Part shown: one piece after another, positions 59,544 through 64,000 of the stretch | Layout of the letters: the number at the start of each line of letters is the position of its first letter | Position numbering within the stretch: the first letter of the stretch is position 1 | NCBI GenBank assembly: GCA_964585935.1 | Contig: CAZPFO010000002.1 | Location: 7,465-71,464 of the forward strand | Reading direction: 5' to 3' | Source of the DNA: an uncultured Methanosarcinales archaeon | GTDB taxonomy: Archaea; Nanobdellota; Nanobdellia; Woesearchaeales; GW2011-AR4 | DNA length: 64,000 nt | The notes under the pieces: model-generated | Database searches by the model: none | Seen by the model: only the letters and a program-made list of their open reading frames with translations | What the model was told of the DNA's origin: nothing | Program-made: the position numbers and the translations under genes

Positions 59544-60290
59544 TTAAGCAGGATTATCAATTAAAACTGGTTTTCCTTCTTTAACATCATTTTCCTTCTT
59601 TTCTTCAGTTTTCTCGGCTGGTTTTTCCTCTTTTTTAGCTTCAGCAGGCTTTTCTTCAATCTCTTTCTTTTCTTCTTTTACTTCTGCTTCCTTTGATTCA
59701 GAAGGCTTTTTTTCCTTTTCCAGCCTCATTGATTTTATTTCGAATTTCCTCAAAGGGTATATCTTTTTTAAATACGCTGATGCAGAGCTTTGTAGCTTAT
59801 AGCTGATTATATCGGTAACTAAATTATCAAAGGTCACTTTCTTTACTGCCCTTGTCAAATATTCTACTGCTGTATTGCATAATTTGGCGTTGACAGAGCC
59901 TTTTGTTGCAGACCTTGTAAAAAGCAATGGCTTAAGCCTAATTTTCCTGTTGTCTGATGTTTCGCAGACAAAAGATGGCTCTATTTTTTGGCTTCTTCTT
60001 CTTGTCAGCCTCTTGATGGATCCTGGCACCATATCATAACCAATAAGGCTTGTGTAGGCTTTATTTCCATCTACCTTATCAACTATAAATTTTATATTGA
60101 CATTCTGCCTTTTGACATCACTGGTAAGATTCATCAAGTTTTGAGTAATCGGCTTGTTTAATGCCAGCTTAGACTCGGTTAGCAATGTTTCTCCTAAAAC
60201 AACATTCCTGAATAGTTTTGGAGCTATTATAGAATACCAGTTCTTTTTCTTTATCTTGGTGGTTTTTTCTTGTTTTTTTGCTTCTGCCAT
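59544..60290 (-). CDS. rps3ae: 30S ribosomal protein S3ae with charged C-terminal tail
   Basis: KKKNWYSIIAP..F...GET; RLTRRR; KKIYPLR; start reassigned to ATG 60290. Confidence 0.93.
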   Translation of the reverse strand: MAEAKKQEKTTKIKKKNWYSIIAPKLFRNVVLGETLLTESKLALNKPITQNLMNLTSDVKRQNVNIKFIVDKVDGNKAYTSLIGYDMVPGSIKRLTRRRSQKIEPSFVCETSDNRKIRLKPLLFTRSATKGSVNAKLCNTAVEYLTRAVKKVTFDNLVTDIISYKLQSSASAYLKKIYPLRKFEIKSMRLEKEKKPSESKEAEVKEEKKEIEEKPAEAKKEEKPAEKTEEKKENDVKEGKPVLIDNPA

Positions 60291-60413
60291 TCTAATTTGT
60301 TTATAATGTAAATATTGTATTTTGGGAAAAGAATTCGCTTTATAAAGCTTATGGTTTAAGTAAGTGAGAGGAGTAAAATATGAATTTAACAATAATAATG
60401 ATTGGTTAAGTTG

Positions 60414-60528
60414 GAAAAACCACCAACAATATTGGCAGGAGACGGTCAAATTGCTATGCAATTTGCCCTACCGACCACCCCGTAAGGGACATCCCCGGGT
60501 CGGTCTCCGCCAATGTTGGTGGTTTTTC
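60414..60528 (+). ncRNA. candidate structured ncRNA (three-way junction), identity unknown
   Basis: GAAAAACCACCAACA/TGTTGGTGGTTTTTC + TTGGC/GCCAA + GGAGA/TCTCC closing two hairpins, one with a GTAA tetraloop; GC-rich island in AT-rich DNA. Confidence 0.6.
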
Positions 60529-60604
60529 TCGCCATGGCTGGATTTTTTACCTATAAGTTCAATCAACAAATACCTTTATTAATAAGTAAATATTTGCGGT
60601 TTCT

Positions 60605-61813
60605 ATGAATTATGATGAAGTAATAAAATACCTGTATTCTTTAGAGAGGGCAAAAGGCAGCAAACTAGGGCTTGGAAATATCAATAGGCTGTTGAAAAAA
60701 ACAGGCAATCCTGAAAAAAAACTTCGATGCGTGCATGTTGCAGGAACTAATGGCAAGGGCTCTGTCTGTGTGATGATCTCAGCTGTTTTGCAGGAAGCTG
60801 GCTATAAGGTTGGGATGTACACAAGCCCCCATTTAAAGGATTTCAGGGACAGATTTCTGGTGAATAATAAAAAAATCTCAGAGAAGGATATAATTAAATA
60901 TTTTCTAAAAGTTAAAAGCTTTATTACTGGGCAGACTTTCTTCGAGGTTATAACTGCCATGGCTTTTCTTTATTTTAAGGAACAAAAGGTTGATTTTTTG
61001 GTTTTGGAAGTTGGTTTAGGTGGAAGGCTGGATGCGACAAATGTTGTAAAGCCTTTGGTTAGTGTGATAACAAATGTGGATATTGAGCATACTGATTTTT
61101 TAGGCGAGAGTATAGAAAAGATTGCTTATGAGAAAGGGGGAGTTATCAAAGAAGAGGTTCCGGTTGTTACAGGAGCTTCAGGTAAAGCATTAACAGTTAT
61201 TAAGAAAATTTCCAATAAAAACAATTCAAAGTTATTTATCAATAAAAAATATAAAAAGGCTAATGGTGAGTTTGAAATAAATAATTATAAAAATTTAAAA
61301 TTGAATTTAAAAGGTGATTTTCAGCTTGTGAATTCGTCAATAGCTATAGCTGCAATAGATGTTTTAAACCAATATTACAAATTAGACATAAATAAGAATA
61401 ATATAAAAAATGGCCTGAAAAATGTAGAATGGCATGGCAGGTTTGACTTTATCCGGAAAAATGTTTTAGTTGATTGCGCGCATAATCCTTCTTCTTTCAA
61501 GGTTTTAATTGACGAACTAAGAAGAATAAAAAACTGCTATGGAAAAATAATCTTGGTTATTGGGATTCTGGATGATAAGGATATAAAGAAAATGGTTAAA
61601 ATGATTGAACCATTAACTGATAAAATAATAGTAACTAAAGCAAAAACTCCAAGAGCTGAAGAACCGATTAATATTAAAAAATTCATTAAAAAGAAAATAA
61701 AAATAATAAAAAACGTCAAAAAGGCTGTAAAATATGCTGAAAAAACAGCTGGAAAAGGGGATTTGGTCTTAGTAACAGGAAGCTGTTTTGTTGTTGGTGA
61801 AGCTTTAAAATAA
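60605..61813 (+). CDS. folC: folylpolyglutamate/dihydrofolate synthase
   Basis: HVAGTNGKGS, YTSPHL, EVGLGGRLDATN, DCAHN. Confidence 0.96.
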   Translation: MNYDEVIKYLYSLERAKGSKLGLGNINRLLKKTGNPEKKLRCVHVAGTNGKGSVCVMISAVLQEAGYKVGMYTSPHLKDFRDRFLVNNKKISEKDIIKYFLKVKSFITGQTFFEVITAMAFLYFKEQKVDFLVLEVGLGGRLDATNVVKPLVSVITNVDIEHTDFLGESIEKIAYEKGGVIKEEVPVVTGASGKALTVIKKISNKNNSKLFINKKYKKANGEFEINNYKNLKLNLKGDFQLVNSSIAIAAIDVLNQYYKLDINKNNIKNGLKNVEWHGRFDFIRKNVLVDCAHNPSSFKVLIDELRRIKNCYGKIILVIGILDDKDIKKMVKMIEPLTDKIIVTKAKTPRAEEPINIKKFIKKKIKIIKNVKKAVKYAEKTAGKGDLVLVTGSCFVVGEALK

Positions 61814-61887
61814 CCAAAAGTATACTCACTGCGTTCGTAGGTTTCGTAAAACGAAACCTTTAAAAATAACTATATCTCTACTATTAT

Positions 61888-62955
61888 ATGTTGCTTGTAA
61901 TAAATTTTGATAAGTTCTTAGATTTTGATAAAACATACCTACGAAATCGCTTTTCAGTTCTTGATTTTAATCGGAATGAAGTTTTTCCAGAAAAATGTAA
62001 TTTTATGAAAAATTCAAATAAAATAAAGAACATTGAAAAATTTGAGTTCTCTAAGTTAAATTTACCTAAGAATCTAAGTAACCGAGCTTTTGCTCAGATC
62101 AAAAGAAGGGTAAAGGAATATGAAAATAAAAAGAAGGCGTATAAATTCGAAAGCGATTATATTAAATATTTTCTTAAAGAAATTTTACCTTCTGATATTG
62201 ATAATTCAGAGTTAAAAAAATATACCTTACCCTTAATAGCTTCATTCATCGTCACTGACGGACATACAACTCTCAGAAAGAAAAAAGAGTTAGATACTTG
62301 GGAGTTAGGATTCAGCAATAAAAATACTGAATTGATTGATGCATTTAACGATTTAATATTCTTATCATTCAATGAGATTCCAAGTAGCGTAGATCATTCT
62401 CCAGATTTAAAAAGAACAAGGTATGTTGGTTCTTGGCATAAGTCTATGATAGAAGAAATCAGAGAATATTGTTACAAGAACAACCAAAAAGATATAAAAA
62501 ATCTATTAAATTCCAATAAAAAGATTTTATTTGAATGTTTTAGAATTGCAATGTCTTGTGACGGATTTGTTACATTCCACATTGCAAAAGAAAAGTATGG
62601 TTTCAAAGGAAAACAATATTATAATCGGATAAGAGCTTCTATTGACTTGGGCTGTAAACCCTTAAGTTTAAGAGAAGATTGGAAAAAATTAACAGACAAA
62701 TTAGAATTAAAGTTCAGTATTAAAAAAGATAGAATTAAATGCACTCTTCACAAATCTTTAGAAGATTTTTTAAACATCGGTGGATTTATTCCAAAAACTA
62801 TGATAGGGGACGACAGTAAATATTTTAGAAATTTAGATAAAAATCAAGCATTAGAAACTTTAATAAGGATTAAAAATAATAAGTCGAATAACATCATTTC
62901 AAATGATAAGGAACAAAAAATATTAATAAAGAGAGTGATGGGTGGGTTAAAATGA
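61888..62955 (+). CDS. free-standing double-motif LAGLIDADG endonuclease-like protein
   Basis: LIASFIVTDG...LGFSNKNTELIDAF and FRIAMSCDGFV; no intein splice residues. Confidence 0.75.
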   Translation: MLLVINFDKFLDFDKTYLRNRFSVLDFNRNEVFPEKCNFMKNSNKIKNIEKFEFSKLNLPKNLSNRAFAQIKRRVKEYENKKKAYKFESDYIKYFLKEILPSDIDNSELKKYTLPLIASFIVTDGHTTLRKKKELDTWELGFSNKNTELIDAFNDLIFLSFNEIPSSVDHSPDLKRTRYVGSWHKSMIEEIREYCYKNNQKDIKNLLNSNKKILFECFRIAMSCDGFVTFHIAKEKYGFKGKQYYNRIRASIDLGCKPLSLREDWKKLTDKLELKFSIKKDRIKCTLHKSLEDFLNIGGFIPKTMIGDDSKYFRNLDKNQALETLIRIKNNKSNNIISNDKEQKILIKRVMGGLK

Positions 62956-64000
62956 GTCAAATAATTATTATAAACTTTGGCGGACAACTGACGCATATGA
63001 TAGCAAGGCGTGTTAGAGACCTTGGTGTTTATTCTGAAATCAAGCCTTATGATATAACTGCTGCTGAGATCAAGAATCTTAATCCAAAAGGCATAATACT
63101 ATCAGGAGGGCCTAGCTCTGTTAACAGCAAAAATGCTCCTTTGCCTGACAGAAGAATATTTGAGCTTGGGATTCCTGTTTTAGGCATCTGTTATGGCCAG
63201 CAGCTGATAGGGAAATATTATGGGGAGATTCTGCCTGGAAAATTGAAGGAATACGGCAAGAAAAATCTATTCATCAAAAATAACGGGATTCTGTTAAAAA
63301 AACTGGGTAAGAAGGAGCAGGTCTGGATGTCACATGGTGATTTAGTCAGTAAATTGCCTAATGATTTTAGTGTGTTGGCGAAAACAGATTCTTGTTCAAT
63401 AGCTGCTTTTGAAAATAAAGAAAAAAAGCTGTATGGTGTGCAGTTCCATCCAGAGGTTGCGCATACTCCAAAAGGTAATGAGATTTTGAAGAATTTTGTT
63501 TTTGATATCTGCAAAGCAAAAAAGGACTGGAATATCGGCAGCTTGAAAGATAAGTTAATTAAGGAAATTAAAGATGAAGTTAATGATGATTACGTGATAA
63601 TGGGGGCTTCTGGTGGGGTTGATAGCACAGTTGCTTCTGTTCTGATGCATGGGGCAATTAAGGATAGAATTTATTGTGTTTTTATTGACCATGGGCTTAT
63701 AAGGAAAAATGAGGCTGAGGAGGTCAGGGATGCTTTTAAGAAATTCGAATTTAAGCATTTTTATATGATTGATGCAAGCAGATTATTTCTGAAAAGGCTG
63801 AGGAGGGTTGTAGATCCTGAAAAGAAGAGAAAGATAATTGCTAAGACTTTTATTGAGGTTTTTGAGAAGAAGGTCAAGGAGCTGGAGAGGAAAAACCCTG
63901 CGATTAAGTTTTTAGGCCAGGGCACAATCTACCCTGACAGGATTGAAAGTGCGCAGCCTTCAAAACAGGCTGACAAGATCAAAAGCCATCATAATGTTAT
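62952..64000 (+). CDS. guaA: GMP synthase, fused GATase + ATPPase, partial (runs off window end)
   Basis: Hand translation MSQIIIINFGGQLTHMIARRVR...SGGP...GICYGQQL...VWMSHGD...QFHPEV...SGGVDSTVA...QGTIYPD. Confidence 0.97.
   Translation, partial: MSQIIIINFGGQLTHMIARRVRDLGVYSEIKPYDITAAEIKNLNPKGIILSGGPSSVNSKNAPLPDRRIFELGIPVLGICYGQQLIGKYYGEILPGKLKEYGKKNLFIKNNGILLKKLGKKEQVWMSHGDLVSKLPNDFSVLAKTDSCSIAAFENKEKKLYGVQFHPEVAHTPKGNEILKNFVFDICKAKKDWNIGSLKDKLIKEIKDEVNDDYVIMGASGGVDSTVASVLMHGAIKDRIYCVFIDHGLIRKNEAEEVRDAFKKFEFKHFYMIDASRLFLKRLRRVVDPEKKRKIIAKTFIEVFEKKVKELERKNPAIKFLGQGTIYPDRIESAQPSKQADKIKSHHNV

Noticed and set aside
60444-60455. GGTCAAATTGCT identical to tRNA-Leu 2080-2091
   Set aside because: A 12-nt post hoc match with no tRNA half or BHB partner; not enough to claim a split tRNA.
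60364-60582. 72-aa ORF over the GC-rich structure, and the long 5' extension of rps3ae
   Set aside because: Better explained by the RNA structure; S3ae similarity begins at ATG 60290.

Overview
AT-rich archaeal chromosome segment, most consistent with a DPANN (Woesearchaeota-like) genome. This placement is an inference from S8e, L37e, S3ae, SmAP, proteasome beta, aCPSF1, Dph2, Bud32 and 'QxALEF(L/V)TTYGWA' pilins. It carries an apparently complete arginine pathway (argGFHJBDC plus carAB) with a divergent ACT-domain regulator; ribA, hisG, prs, folC and guaA; and a ~14 kb type IV pilus/adhesin cluster. It also has two tRNA genes (Leu-UAG, Gln-CUG) with two introns each and a free-standing LAGLIDADG gene. 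The most striking unexplained signal is a family of six dispersed, ORF-less intergenic elements (cores about 140-305 nt, two subtypes). They share a conserved 5' motif, show compensatory base changes in predicted stems, have A-rich arms carrying complementary ATCAAT/ATTGAT boxes, and always lie in the sense orientation between co-directional genes. This looks like a repeated structured RNA family that I do not recognise. A separate GC-rich three-way-junction RNA candidate lies between rps3ae and folC. No CRISPR array, rRNA, transposase or integrase was seen. All calls come from reading motifs by eye; no searches or folding programs were run.
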